This document shows positions 18,952 to 27,567 of a stretch of DNA of 64,000 bases, one piece after another. This DNA is from an uncultured Gemmatimonadales bacterium (GTDB lineage: Bacteria; Gemmatimonadota; Gemmatimonadetes; Longimicrobiales; RSA9), in contig CAWFKH010000001.1 of assembly GCA_963816355.1 (NCBI GenBank), positions 384,001-448,000 of the forward strand. The letters run 5' to 3'. Positions within the stretch are counted from its first letter, which is position 1. Every line of letters begins with the position of its first letter. A program made the position numbers and the translations under genes. The notes beneath the pieces are model-generated. The model was given only the letters and a program-made list of their open reading frames with translations. It was not told where the DNA came from and did no database searches.

Positions 18952-19254
18952 GGGCTCCTCGCTGCCTCACACGGGTTCGGCCGGCCGGGGCGTCGGGGCG
19001 CGGCGAGGGCCGGGCTCCGCGCCGTCCGTAATCGCCGTCAACTCAGCCCCGCCGGCCGCCATTTCCAGTCCGGGGCACATCGGACCGCCCGAGGCGCGGT
19101 CGCAAAGGCCCCAAGCGGGTGCGGCTCCGGGCGCGGGGCGGACTTGACCGCTCTGCGCGCGGTCCAGTGTGCCCCACGGCCGGATGCGTCGGGCGTGGGG
19201 CCGGATTGACGTCCCCCGGCGCCGGCTGGACCCACACGGAACAGCGAGGAGCCC
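18952..19254 (-). ncRNA. Candidate ~300-nt rod-like structured RNA or long imperfect palindrome
   Basis: Perfect 13-bp inverted repeat 18952-18964/19242-19254; nested IRs 19036-19041/19206-19211 and 19072-19088/19159-19175. Confidence 0.55.
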
Positions 19255-19268
19255 CGGTTCGGGCGTCC

Positions 19269-19294
19269 AACCGGGAAGCGGACGGGACGGTTCC
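19269..19294 (-). promoter_or_regulatory. Putative ECF sigma promoter
   Basis: Minus strand GGAAC-N18-GTT ending 14 nt upstream of the hairpin's 5' arm. Confidence 0.45.
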
Positions 19295-19381
19295 CTGGCC
19301 CGCGGCCGAAGCGGCAGCGTTGAGACGACGACCGTGTGGGAAGCGGGTACACGCGCCGCGCGCAGGTCGCGATCGGATCCG

Positions 19382-19419
19382 CGGGCGCATGTCCACGGGC
19401 GCATGTCCACGGGCGCATG
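19382..19419. repeat. 14-bp tandem repeat, 2.7 copies
   Basis: CGGGCGCATGTCCA twice plus CGGGCGCATG. Confidence 0.85.
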
Positions 19420-19555
19420 CGTCCCTCGCGTCCGTGCTCACGCGCGCGCTCGGGCCCGATCGCACGTTGCCGGGAAACGGTCGCCATGGTTGCCGGGCCG
19501 GCGGCGTTGGAGCGCGCCGGAACCGCGGCGAGGCACGCGCGGTTGGCTCTGCATC

Positions 19556-20341
19556 ATGACCGACGGCGCAGAGTTCGTCACCGACGGCGGGATCCCCGTT
19601 CCCGCCATCACGCGCGACCGGATGCGGGAGATCGACCGGGTCGCCGTCGAGGAAACGGGGCCCAGCCTGCTCCAGATGATGGAGCACGCCGGCCGCGGCC
19701 TGGCCGAGCTGGTGCTGCGGACGCTGGGGCCGCGCGCGGCTTCGGCGCGCGTGGTCGTGCTGACGGGAACCGGTGGGAACGGCGGCGGTGGAATATGCGC
19801 CGGGCGCCACCTGGCCGCGCGGGTCGGCGAGGTCGTGCTGAGCGTGGTCGACGACGGACGCCTCAGCGAGGCGGCGGCGGTGCAGCTGGAGACGTTCCGG
19901 CACGCGGCGGGCCGCGAAGCGCGGCGGCCTGGCGCCACGCGAGGCGAACCGGACGTCGTCGTCGACGCGATCCTCGGGTATTCGCTGACCGGAGCGCCTC
20001 ATGGCCGCGCCAGAGAGCTGATCGAGTGGGCCGGCGGCGTCGGATCGCCGGTCGTGTCGCTCGACCTGCCGTCCGGCGTGGAGGCGGACACCGGCGCAGC
20101 GCTCGGCGCGGCGATCCGCCCGGACGCGACGCTCACGCTGGCGCTGCCGAAGGCCGGGCTCGTTCACGCCGATACCGGCGATCTCTGGCTCGCGGACCTG
20201 GGAATTCCGCCCGGAGCCTACCGGCGCGCCGGGCTCGCGCACCGGTGGCCGTTCGGAACGGGCTTCATGGTGCATCTGAACCGACGCCGGGCGGAGTCGG
20301 GGCGGCGAGGCGACGCCGAGGAGGCCGTCCCGCCGCGATAG
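19556..20341 (+). CDS. nnrE: Stand-alone NAD(P)H-hydrate epimerase (YjeF_N)
   Basis: MREIDR, QMMEHAG, GTGGNGGGG, VDAILGY, SLDLPSG, TLTLALPK, LADLGIP. Confidence 0.82.
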   Translation: MTDGAEFVTDGGIPVPAITRDRMREIDRVAVEETGPSLLQMMEHAGRGLAELVLRTLGPRAASARVVVLTGTGGNGGGGICAGRHLAARVGEVVLSVVDDGRLSEAAAVQLETFRHAAGREARRPGATRGEPDVVVDAILGYSLTGAPHGRARELIEWAGGVGSPVVSLDLPSGVEADTGAALGAAIRPDATLTLALPKAGLVHADTGDLWLADLGIPPGAYRRAGLAHRWPFGTGFMVHLNRRRAESGRRGDAEEAVPPR

Positions 20342-20343
20342 CG

Positions 20344-21591
20344 CTACGAAGCGGCGGTGGCGGCCCCCGGCTCCGTCAGCTCCGTCCGCACGACGACGCC
20401 CGCGCTGAGCGTCCGGTGTACCGGGCACCGGTCGGCGATCTCGAGCAGGCGGGCCCGTTGGCCGTCGTCGAGAGGACCGATCAGCGTGAGCTCCCGGTCC
20501 AGCCGGTCGAGTCTGGCCTCGCCGGTCTCGCACCGCGCCTCGTCCTCGGCGTGGACCTTCGAATGCTGCAGCCGGACGACGGCCTCTTCCAGCGGCCACC
20601 GCTTCCGGTCGGCGTACATCCGCAGCGTCATCGTGGTGCATGCGCCCAGCGCCGCCGCCAGGAGGTCGTACGGCGTCGGACCGAGATCCTCGCCGCCGAC
20701 CGCCTTCGGCTCATCGGCGAGGAGCGCGTGGCCGCGGGCGAGGATCTCCGTGCGGAACGCGCCTGCGGCGGTGCGGACGACCACGCGGTTGTCCCTGCGG
20801 AGGTCCTCCACCGTCTCCGGCTCGGGCGCCTCCGGCAGGTACCGCCCGGCCCAGGCCGCGAGCACCGACCCGACGTAGAGGGAGTCGCGCTCGCGGAGCA
20901 GGAGGTGATCGGCGTCGTCCAGCGACACGAAGCTCTTCGGGTGTTTCGCGGCGGCGTAGATCAGGGCGGCGTTCTCGATGCCGACGGCCGTGTCGACGGG
21001 CGAGTGGAAGATGAGGAGCGGCCGGCCCAGCGACGCGATGGTCTTCTCGACGTTGCGACCCTCGAGGTCGTGCACGAACTCCCGGCTCAGCGTGAAGTGG
21101 CGTCCTCCGAGCGTCACGTCCGCCTCGCCCCGCCGCTCGATCTCGTCGATCGATTGGACGAAGAGGTTCTTCACGTGGGCAGGGTCGAAGGGAGCGCCGA
21201 TGGTGGCGACGGCGCGAACCGAAGGCAGCCGGCCCGCCGCCTGCAGCACCGCCGCCCCGCCCAGCGAGTGGCCGATGAGGATGGCGGGGGCGTCGTACCG
21301 GCTCCGCATGAACTCCGCGGCGGCCACGAGGTCCTCGACGTTCGAGGAGAATGTCGTATCGGCGAAATCGCCCTCACTCTCGCCGATGCCGGTGAAGTCG
21401 AAACGCATGACCGCGATGTGCTGCTGCGTCATGGCCCGGCTGATGTTCACCGCCGCCTTCAGGTCCTTCGAGCAGGTGAAGCAGTGGGCGAACAGCGCGC
21501 AGGCCCGGACCTCGCCATCCGCCGGCAGGCCGAGCCGCGCGCTCAGCTCCACGCCGTTGGCGCCCGGGAAGGTGATCCTCTCGTTTCTCAC
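20344..21591 (-). CDS. Bifunctional alpha/beta hydrolase-OsmC family protein
   Basis: [22 protein letters not shown]; OsmC part [14 protein letters not shown]...[11 protein letters not shown]. Confidence 0.9.
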   Translation of the reverse strand: MRNERITFPGANGVELSARLGLPADGEVRACALFAHCFTCSKDLKAAVNISRAMTQQHIAVMRFDFTGIGESEGDFADTTFSSNVEDLVAAAEFMRSRYDAPAILIGHSLGGAAVLQAAGRLPSVRAVATIGAPFDPAHVKNLFVQSIDEIERRGEADVTLGGRHFTLSREFVHDLEGRNVEKTIASLGRPLLIFHSPVDTAVGIENAALIYAAAKHPKSFVSLDDADHLLLRERDSLYVGSVLAAWAGRYLPEAPEPETVEDLRRDNRVVVRTAAGAFRTEILARGHALLADEPKAVGGEDLGPTPYDLLAAALGACTTMTLRMYADRKRWPLEEAVVRLQHSKVHAEDEARCETGEARLDRLDRELTLIGPLDDGQRARLLEIADRCPVHRTLSAGVVVRTELTEPGAATAAS

Positions 21592-21833
21592 GAAACTCCT
21601 CCGGTTCGTCGCAGCCGCTCGAGCAGGCGGTACCTCGAGTAGCCGGCCACCAGGAGCGGGACGACGTAGTTGAGCAGTACGGGAAGCACGAGGTCCCGTC
21701 CGAATTCGAGCGCGAGAACCTCCGGATGGTTGATCAGTGTCAGCGCGGTGCCGACGACCAGCGACGTCCTCACCGCCGCCGCCCCGAACGCCCGCTCGCG
21801 CGCGGGCGGCGCCGGATCCTCCGATCGCACCAC
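21588..21833 (-). CDS. Small two-TM NrtS-like membrane protein
   Basis: [17 protein letters not shown]...[13 protein letters not shown]. Confidence 0.6.
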   Translation of the reverse strand: MVRSEDPAPPARERAFGAAAVRTSLVVGTALTLINHPEVLALEFGRDLVLPVLLNYVVPLLVAGYSRYRLLERLRRTGGVS

Positions 21834-21859
21834 ACCGGCCGGGCCGGTCGCCGGCGGTC

Positions 21860-22591
21860 TCACCCTTCGGTCCACGGCCCGCGGTCCTGGCGCAGGGCGC
21901 GTCCCGCCGCCCGCGTGATCAGCAGCGTCGCCGCCGCCGTCGCCAGCAGGCCGACGCCGATCAGGGCGTAGTACGCGAAGCCCTTCTCCGCGCCGGCGGC
22001 CCCCGCCGCGACTTCCCCGGCCGCGTAGCCGGCGTAGACGTACAGGAACGTACCGGGCGCCATGCCGATGGCGCTGGCGAGGAGGTAGTCCGAGAAGCGG
22101 ACGGGCGTGATGCCGAGTGTGTAGTTCAGCCCGTTGAAGGGGAACACCGGCGACAGCCGCAGCAGGAAGACCAGTTTCCGACCCTGCCGCCCGACCGCCT
22201 GGTCGATCGCCGTGAGCTTCCGACTGGACCGCAGGCGCCGTTCGACGGCCCCTCGCGCGACGTGCCGGGCCACGAGGAAGGCGAGGCCGGCGCCGAGCGT
22301 GGCGCCGGCGAGCGAGTAGGCCGTTCCCGGGATCAACCCGAAGATCGCGCCCGAGGCCAGCGTCAGGAGCGAGCCGGGGATCCACGCCACCGTGGCGGCC
22401 GCGTAGAGCCCGATGAAGGCGACGGCCGCCCAGGGGCCGAGATCCTCGATCGTCGCCAGGACGCGGGGCATGTAGCCCGCGAGCTCGCGGCCGCCCAGGA
22501 CGACGACCGCGATGCCGGCGATCGTGGCCGCGCCGAGGAGCGTCAGGCGCGTCCTCGCCTCGCCCGCGGCTGGCTCTTCAGCGGCACGCAT
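21860..22591 (-). CDS. TVP38/TMEM64 (DedA) family membrane protein
   Basis: [40 protein letters not shown]. Confidence 0.9.
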   Translation of the reverse strand: MRAAEEPAAGEARTRLTLLGAATIAGIAVVVLGGRELAGYMPRVLATIEDLGPWAAVAFIGLYAAATVAWIPGSLLTLASGAIFGLIPGTAYSLAGATLGAGLAFLVARHVARGAVERRLRSSRKLTAIDQAVGRQGRKLVFLLRLSPVFPFNGLNYTLGITPVRFSDYLLASAIGMAPGTFLYVYAGYAAGEVAAGAAGAEKGFAYYALIGVGLLATAAATLLITRAAGRALRQDRGPWTEG

Positions 22592-23255
22592 GCAGCCTCC
22601 AGCCGTCGAGCAGCCGCCCCAGATGCGATTCCCGTCCCGCGTGCAGGGCGGCGATCCGGAGGTCCTCGATATGGTCGATGTCGTACCACGGCGTGAGCAG
22701 GTGGACGCCCATCCCCTCCGCCGCGAGCCGCTCGACCGTGGCGGTGAATACGGAGTCCGTCGACCACCGGACGCCCTCGAACATGCGGCGCGCCGCCGGC
22801 CACGACTCCGCCCGCATGCCCACGAGATAGTAGCCGCCGTCGAGCGCAGGTCCGAGCACGACGGTGCCGGCGACCGCCTCGCGGGCCGCCGCGTCCAGCT
22901 CCTCGCGCGGCAGCGTGGGAGAATCCGAGCCCACGAGGAGCACGCGCGTCTCGCCCCGGGCGAAGGCGCCCTCGAAGGCCGCGGACATGCGGTGCCCGAG
23001 ATCGCCCCCCGACTGCGGGCGGCGGGCAACGTCGGCGAACTCGCGGGCGAAGAAGGCGCCGCCGTCGTCGTCCGATCCGGCGAAGTGGATCTCCACGTCG
23101 AATCCGGTCCGGCGCGCCGCGGCCACGACATCCTTTAGCGACGCCTCGTGCACGGCCGCGGCCTCTGCGCGCGAGAGCGGCGGGGAGAGGCGCGTCTTGA
23201 CGAGGCCCGGAACGGGCGGCTTCGCGAAGACGATCAGCCGCGTCCGCTCAGCCAC
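22578..23255 (-). CDS. TIGR04282-like (CofC-like, DUF2064) transferase
   Basis: IVFAKPPVPGLVKTRL, QSGGDLGHRM, VGSDSP, LGPALDGGYYLVG, WST, DIDHIEDL. Confidence 0.9.
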   Translation of the reverse strand: MAERTRLIVFAKPPVPGLVKTRLSPPLSRAEAAAVHEASLKDVVAAARRTGFDVEIHFAGSDDDGGAFFAREFADVARRPQSGGDLGHRMSAAFEGAFARGETRVLLVGSDSPTLPREELDAAAREAVAGTVVLGPALDGGYYLVGMRAESWPAARRMFEGVRWSTDSVFTATVERLAAEGMGVHLLTPWYDIDHIEDLRIAALHAGRESHLGRLLDGWRLHACR

Positions 23256-23955
23256 CGTCCGCTCCCTGGGGGCGGTAGCGGCGGGCGAGCCGATCGGGCG
23301 GCGTCCCGCCGAGCGCGCGCGCGAGGAGCACCCAGTTGGCCAGCGTCCGCCGGATCGGGCCGTCGGCCTGCCAGCGGCGGGCGGAGACCCGGACCGCGGC
23401 GTCCAGCAGGTGGACCCGCGTGACGCCCCGCAGCGCCCGGATCAGTGCCACGTCCTCCATGATGGGCAGCGGTGGATAGCCGCCGGCGCGCACATAGTCC
23501 TCGCGCCGGACGATGAGGCCCTGGTCGCCGTAGGGAAGGCCGAACAGGCGGCTCCTGAGGTTCGTCCCCCACTCGATCAGTCGGTACGACGCCGCGTGCG
23601 CGTCGATGCGCAGGCGGAACGCCATCGCGCACGGCGGCCGGGCAATCGCCACCTCGTCCAGCAGCGCCAGGACCGCTTCGTCGAGCCGGACGTCGGCGTG
23701 GAGGAAGAGGAGGAGCGGCGCCCGCGCGATCTCCGCCCCCGCCCGAAGCTGGATGCCGCGCCCGCGCGCCGTGGTCGCCACGCGGGCGCCTCGCGCACGC
23801 GCGACATCGCCCGTGAGGTCGGCGCTGCCGCCGTCCACCACCACCACCTCGTGCGGCGTGGTGAGCCGCGTGAGGTCGTCGAGCAGCAGACCGAGGGCCC
23901 GCTCCTCGTCCAGCGTGGGAACGACCACGCTGAGCAGTAGAGGGCGCTCCGCCAT
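23248..23955 (-). CDS. TIGR04283-like GT2 glycosyltransferase
   Basis: SVVVPTLDE, VDGGSAD, LFLHAD, PYGDQG, PIMEDV, VSARRW; start could lie slightly further upstream. Confidence 0.9.
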   Translation of the reverse strand: MAERPLLLSVVVPTLDEERALGLLLDDLTRLTTPHEVVVVDGGSADLTGDVARARGARVATTARGRGIQLRAGAEIARAPLLLFLHADVRLDEAVLALLDEVAIARPPCAMAFRLRIDAHAASYRLIEWGTNLRSRLFGLPYGDQGLIVRREDYVRAGGYPPLPIMEDVALIRALRGVTRVHLLDAAVRVSARRWQADGPIRRTLANWVLLARALGGTPPDRLARRYRPQGADGG

Positions 23956-24051
23956 GGCTGCCGCCGGCATCAAAGCCTCGTTCGGGTGAAAGGAGTCCGC
24001 TGCCTCGACGGACCAACCGGATGCCACCCGGAACGGTTTCGCCGCCTCGCG

Positions 24052-26673
24052 CTATTCGGCTCCCAGAACGGCCATCGGATCGACGCGCGCCGCGCGCGTC
24101 GCCGGAACGAACGCCGCCACGATCGCCACGGCGCCGAGCAGGGCCGCGGTGGCGGCGAAGACCACCGGATCCCTCGCGGTGACGCCGAAGAGCATCGACT
24201 CGAGCAGCCGTCCGGCGGCGGCGGCGCCGGCGAGCCCGAGGACGACGCCGGCGGCCGCGAGGACGGCGGTGCGCGCGACGGTCGTCGCGTGGACGCGTCG
24301 GCGGGTGGCGCCGAGCGCCATGCGGATGCCGATCTCCCGCGAACGGCTGCGCACCGTGTAGGCGGTCAGGCCGTACAGGCCGAGGGCGGCGATGAGCAGC
24401 GCGATCAGCGAGAACGCGGTGAACACCACGGCGTACAGGTGCTCGCGTGCGACCGACTCGGCCACCCTGTCGCGCATGGGTCCGATCTCGTCGATCGGCA
24501 TGAGCGGATCCACCGCGCGGATCGCCGCCTCGAGCGCCGCCGTGGTGCCGCGCCGATCGCCGGCCGTGCGGATGGCCACCTGCAGGTAGGTGCCGATCGC
24601 GCCGGCGTGGAGCGGAAAGTAGAGCTGCGGGTCGGGCGGATCGGCGAGCGAGCTCTGCCGGACGTCGGACACCACGCCGGTGATCCTACCGGCGACGTCG
24701 CCCAGATAGTCCACGGTCCGCCGCAGCGGGTCGCCGGCGGGGAAGAACGCCCGCACGAACGCCTCGTTCACCAGGACGGCGTCCGGCTCGGCGGCACCGG
24801 CCGGCGGCAACGCGCGGCCGCGCACGATACGCACTCCGAAGACGTCGAAGTAGCCCGACGTCACCCCGGTGAACCAGGTCAGCCGGGGGCCGGCGGGCGA
24901 CGCGAGCCCGGGGATCTCGACCGCGCCCAGGGCGGCGCCGTGGAGCGGGATCCCGGACGCGACCGTCGCGGCGCCCGCGCCCGGAATCGCCCGCGCCCGC
25001 TCGAGGACCGCGGCCACGAACGCGCTGCGCGCGTCCTGGCCGGCGTAACGCGCCGCCGGAAGCCGGAGCTGCGCCACCGTGACGCGGTCGGCGTCGAAGC
25101 CGAGGTCCACGTGCGTGAGCTGCCGGAAGCTGACGCCGAGAAGCGTGCCGGCGGTGACGAGGATCGTGCTCAGCGTCACCTGAACCACCAGCAGCGCTCC
25201 GCCGAGCCGCAGGCGACTCCGGCTCGCCCCGCTCCGCGCGTCGCCCTCCTTCAGCGCCCGCGACGGCGCCTCCCGCACCGCCACCACCGCGGGGAGGATG
25301 CCGGCCAGCAGCCCCGTCGCGACCGTGGCGGCCAACGCCGCTCCCAGCACCCGCCAGTCCACCGCGATCTCGGCGAGGCGCGGGATCTGCGCGCGCGCCA
25401 GCGCCACGGCGGCCGGCAGCGCCCACAGCGTGAGGGCGACCCCGGCCGCGCCCGCCAACGCCGCCAGCACCAGCGACTCCGTCAGGAGCTGCCGCAGCAC
25501 GCGGCCGCGGCCCGCACCCACCGCGAGACGGATCGCCATCTCGCGACGTCGCGCCACGCCGCGGGCCAGGAGCACGGCGGCCACGTTGGCGCACGCCAGC
25601 AGCAGCAGCAGCACTACGGCGGCCAGGAGCAGCAGAAGCGGCTTCCGGATCGCCGGCACGAGCAGGTCGGGGACGGGCTGGAGCGACGGCTTCCACCGCG
25701 CGAACGCCGCCGAGAACGGTACCGCCAGCCGCGCCGTCGCCTGCTCGAGCGTCAGACCGGGCGCGATGCGGCCCACGAGCCAGTATCGTCCCTGGACCTG
25801 CGCCCCCGGCTCCGCAGCGGCCGCGGCCGCCGCCGGCGCCCCGGGGCCCGCGGGCAGCCAGAGCTCCACGTCCGAGGGCAGCTCGAACCGCGGCGGCATG
25901 ACCCCGACCACTTCGTACGGGTCACCGTCCAGATGGAGCGTGCGGCCGACGGCGTCCGGCGTACCGCCGAGTCGATGCACCCAGAAATGGTGGCTCACCA
26001 CCACCACGCGGGCGTCCTCCTGCACGTCCGACCCCGTGATCACCCTGCCCCGAACGGGACGGGAGCCGAACACGCCGAAGAAACGCGCCCCGACCCGCAG
26101 CGCGTTCACCCGCCGCGGATCGCCCGGCCCGGTGAGAACCGGCTCCACGCCGCGCACCGCCGAAGCCGACGCGAAGGCGCCGGCCGGCGAGAGCAGGACT
26201 TCCGCCGCCCCGCTCGAGAGCGTCCCCCCGCGCCCGGCCCGCGCTCCCGGCCGCGCCGCCGTCACCATCACCAGCCGATCGGCGTCCCGGTACGGAAACG
26301 AGCGCAGAACCACGCCCGAGACCAGGCTGTACGTCGTCGTCCCCGCGCCGATCGCGAGCGCCAGCGTCAGGACCACCAGCAGCGACGCCACCGGCGTACG
26401 CGCCACGACGCGGACACCGTAGCGCACGTCCTGCCACGCATCCTCCACCGGCCGGACGCCGCGCGCGTCCCTCGCCGCCTCCCGGTACCGCTCCACCCCG
26501 CCGAACGCCACCAGCGCCCGCCGCTTCGCCTCCTCCGCCGACAGCCCCTCCGCCACGTTCTTCGCCGTCTCCATCTCCAGGTGGAAGCGGAACTCGTCGT
26601 CCAGCTCCGCCTCCACCCGCTCGCGCGCCAGCAGCGCCCGCAGCCGGACCGCCAGCCATCGCAGGCGCGGCAC
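24052..26673 (-). CDS. Duplicated MacB/FtsX-type ABC permease (ADOP-like)
   Basis: ELDDEFRFHLEME, FGGVE, LLLACANVA, REMAIRLAVGAGR, REIGIRMALGA, RAARVDP. Confidence 0.9.
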   Translation of the reverse strand: MPRLRWLAVRLRALLARERVEAELDDEFRFHLEMETAKNVAEGLSAEEAKRRALVAFGGVERYREAARDARGVRPVEDAWQDVRYGVRVVARTPVASLLVVLTLALAIGAGTTTYSLVSGVVLRSFPYRDADRLVMVTAARPGARAGRGGTLSSGAAEVLLSPAGAFASASAVRGVEPVLTGPGDPRRVNALRVGARFFGVFGSRPVRGRVITGSDVQEDARVVVVSHHFWVHRLGGTPDAVGRTLHLDGDPYEVVGVMPPRFELPSDVELWLPAGPGAPAAAAAAAEPGAQVQGRYWLVGRIAPGLTLEQATARLAVPFSAAFARWKPSLQPVPDLLVPAIRKPLLLLLAAVVLLLLLACANVAAVLLARGVARRREMAIRLAVGAGRGRVLRQLLTESLVLAALAGAAGVALTLWALPAAVALARAQIPRLAEIAVDWRVLGAALAATVATGLLAGILPAVVAVREAPSRALKEGDARSGASRSRLRLGGALLVVQVTLSTILVTAGTLLGVSFRQLTHVDLGFDADRVTVAQLRLPAARYAGQDARSAFVAAVLERARAIPGAGAATVASGIPLHGAALGAVEIPGLASPAGPRLTWFTGVTSGYFDVFGVRIVRGRALPPAGAAEPDAVLVNEAFVRAFFPAGDPLRRTVDYLGDVAGRITGVVSDVRQSSLADPPDPQLYFPLHAGAIGTYLQVAIRTAGDRRGTTAALEAAIRAVDPLMPIDEIGPMRDRVAESVAREHLYAVVFTAFSLIALLIAALGLYGLTAYTVRSRSREIGIRMALGATRRRVHATTVARTAVLAAAGVVLGLAGAAAAGRLLESMLFGVTARDPVVFAATAALLGAVAIVAAFVPATRAARVDPMAVLGAE

Positions 26674-26687
26674 CCTCGCTCCCCGCC

Positions 26688-27050
26688 TCACCCGTCCGCC
26701 AGCCTCGCGTCCGTTCGCACCGCGTCCGTCAGCACCAGCTCCACGGCCTCCGTGAACCGACGCCAGCTCGCGATCTCCTCCCCCAGCGCACGCCGGCCCC
26801 GCACCGTCAGGTCGTAGTACTTCGCGCGCCGGTTGTTCTCTGTCATCGCCCATTCGGCGTCGATCCAGCCGCGCCGCTCCAGCCGGTGCAGCGCCGGGTA
26901 CAGCGAGCCCTGCCCCACCAGCAGCGCGTCCCGCGAAAGCTGCTGGATTCGCTGGCTGATCCCCCACCCGTGCAGCGGCCGGAGCGACAGTGTGCGCAGA
27001 ATCAGCAGGTCCAGCGTGCCCTGCAGGACATCCGAGTCGCGAACCGTCAT
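26688..27050 (-). CDS. PadR family transcriptional regulator
   Basis: DVLQGTLDLLIL, LHGWGI, QGSLYPALHRLE, ENNRRAKYY. Confidence 0.92.
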   Translation of the reverse strand: MTVRDSDVLQGTLDLLILRTLSLRPLHGWGISQRIQQLSRDALLVGQGSLYPALHRLERRGWIDAEWAMTENNRRAKYYDLTVRGRRALGEEIASWRRFTEAVELVLTDAVRTDARLADG

Positions 27051-27076
27051 CGCGGCGCTCCGTTACCTGGGTTGCC

Positions 27077-27215
27077 CAGCCGGTCCGACCGCAGCCGGTC
27101 CGACCGCCGCGGCCCGACCGCCGCGGCCGGACGCCGCGGCCGACCGCCGCGGCCGGACGCCGCGGCCGACCGCCGTGGCCGACCGCCGCGGCCGACCGCC
27201 GTGGCCGGACGCCGC
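27077..27215. repeat. 13-bp VNTR (~9 copies) preceded by two 15-bp copies
   Basis: Units GACCGCCG(C/T)GGCC and GGACGCCGCGGCC at 27102-27215; CAGCCGGTCCGACCG twice at 27077-27106. Confidence 0.9.
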
Positions 27216-27567
27216 TCCTGTCGAGATCCGACAAATCGACCCTAGTCGGGTTCCTGTCGAAGCGCAAGGGGAAACGCAGCGGCGGTAGGCGCGCGACGAC
27301 GTCCACCGGTGATCGAGTAGAGACCCTGCGAGGGGAAGACGTGCAGCCGGGAGGCGGCCGGGCGGGCAATCTCTCGTGGCGAGCAATTTCTCGTAATGGA
27401 CGCCCGCTCGCGCGCCGCCATCCGGCTTGGTCTCGGAAAACGAGCAGAATCTCGTTCGCGAGCGGCGCCGCCCGCGAGCGTTTCGAGATCGTTCCCGCTA
27501 TCCGGGCAGAACCCGGATGGCGAGCGTCGGGGCGGCGCCGATTACGCGATTCTTCTCGGCGCGCTGC

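Noticed and set aside
18952..19254. tmRNA, RNase P, 6S, large SRP or a known riboswitch
   Set aside because: Diagnostic sequence motifs not found on either strand and length exceeds typical 6S; Rfam search still needed
27077..27215. Possible CRISPR array
   Set aside because: Contiguous 13-bp units, no spacers, no cas genes
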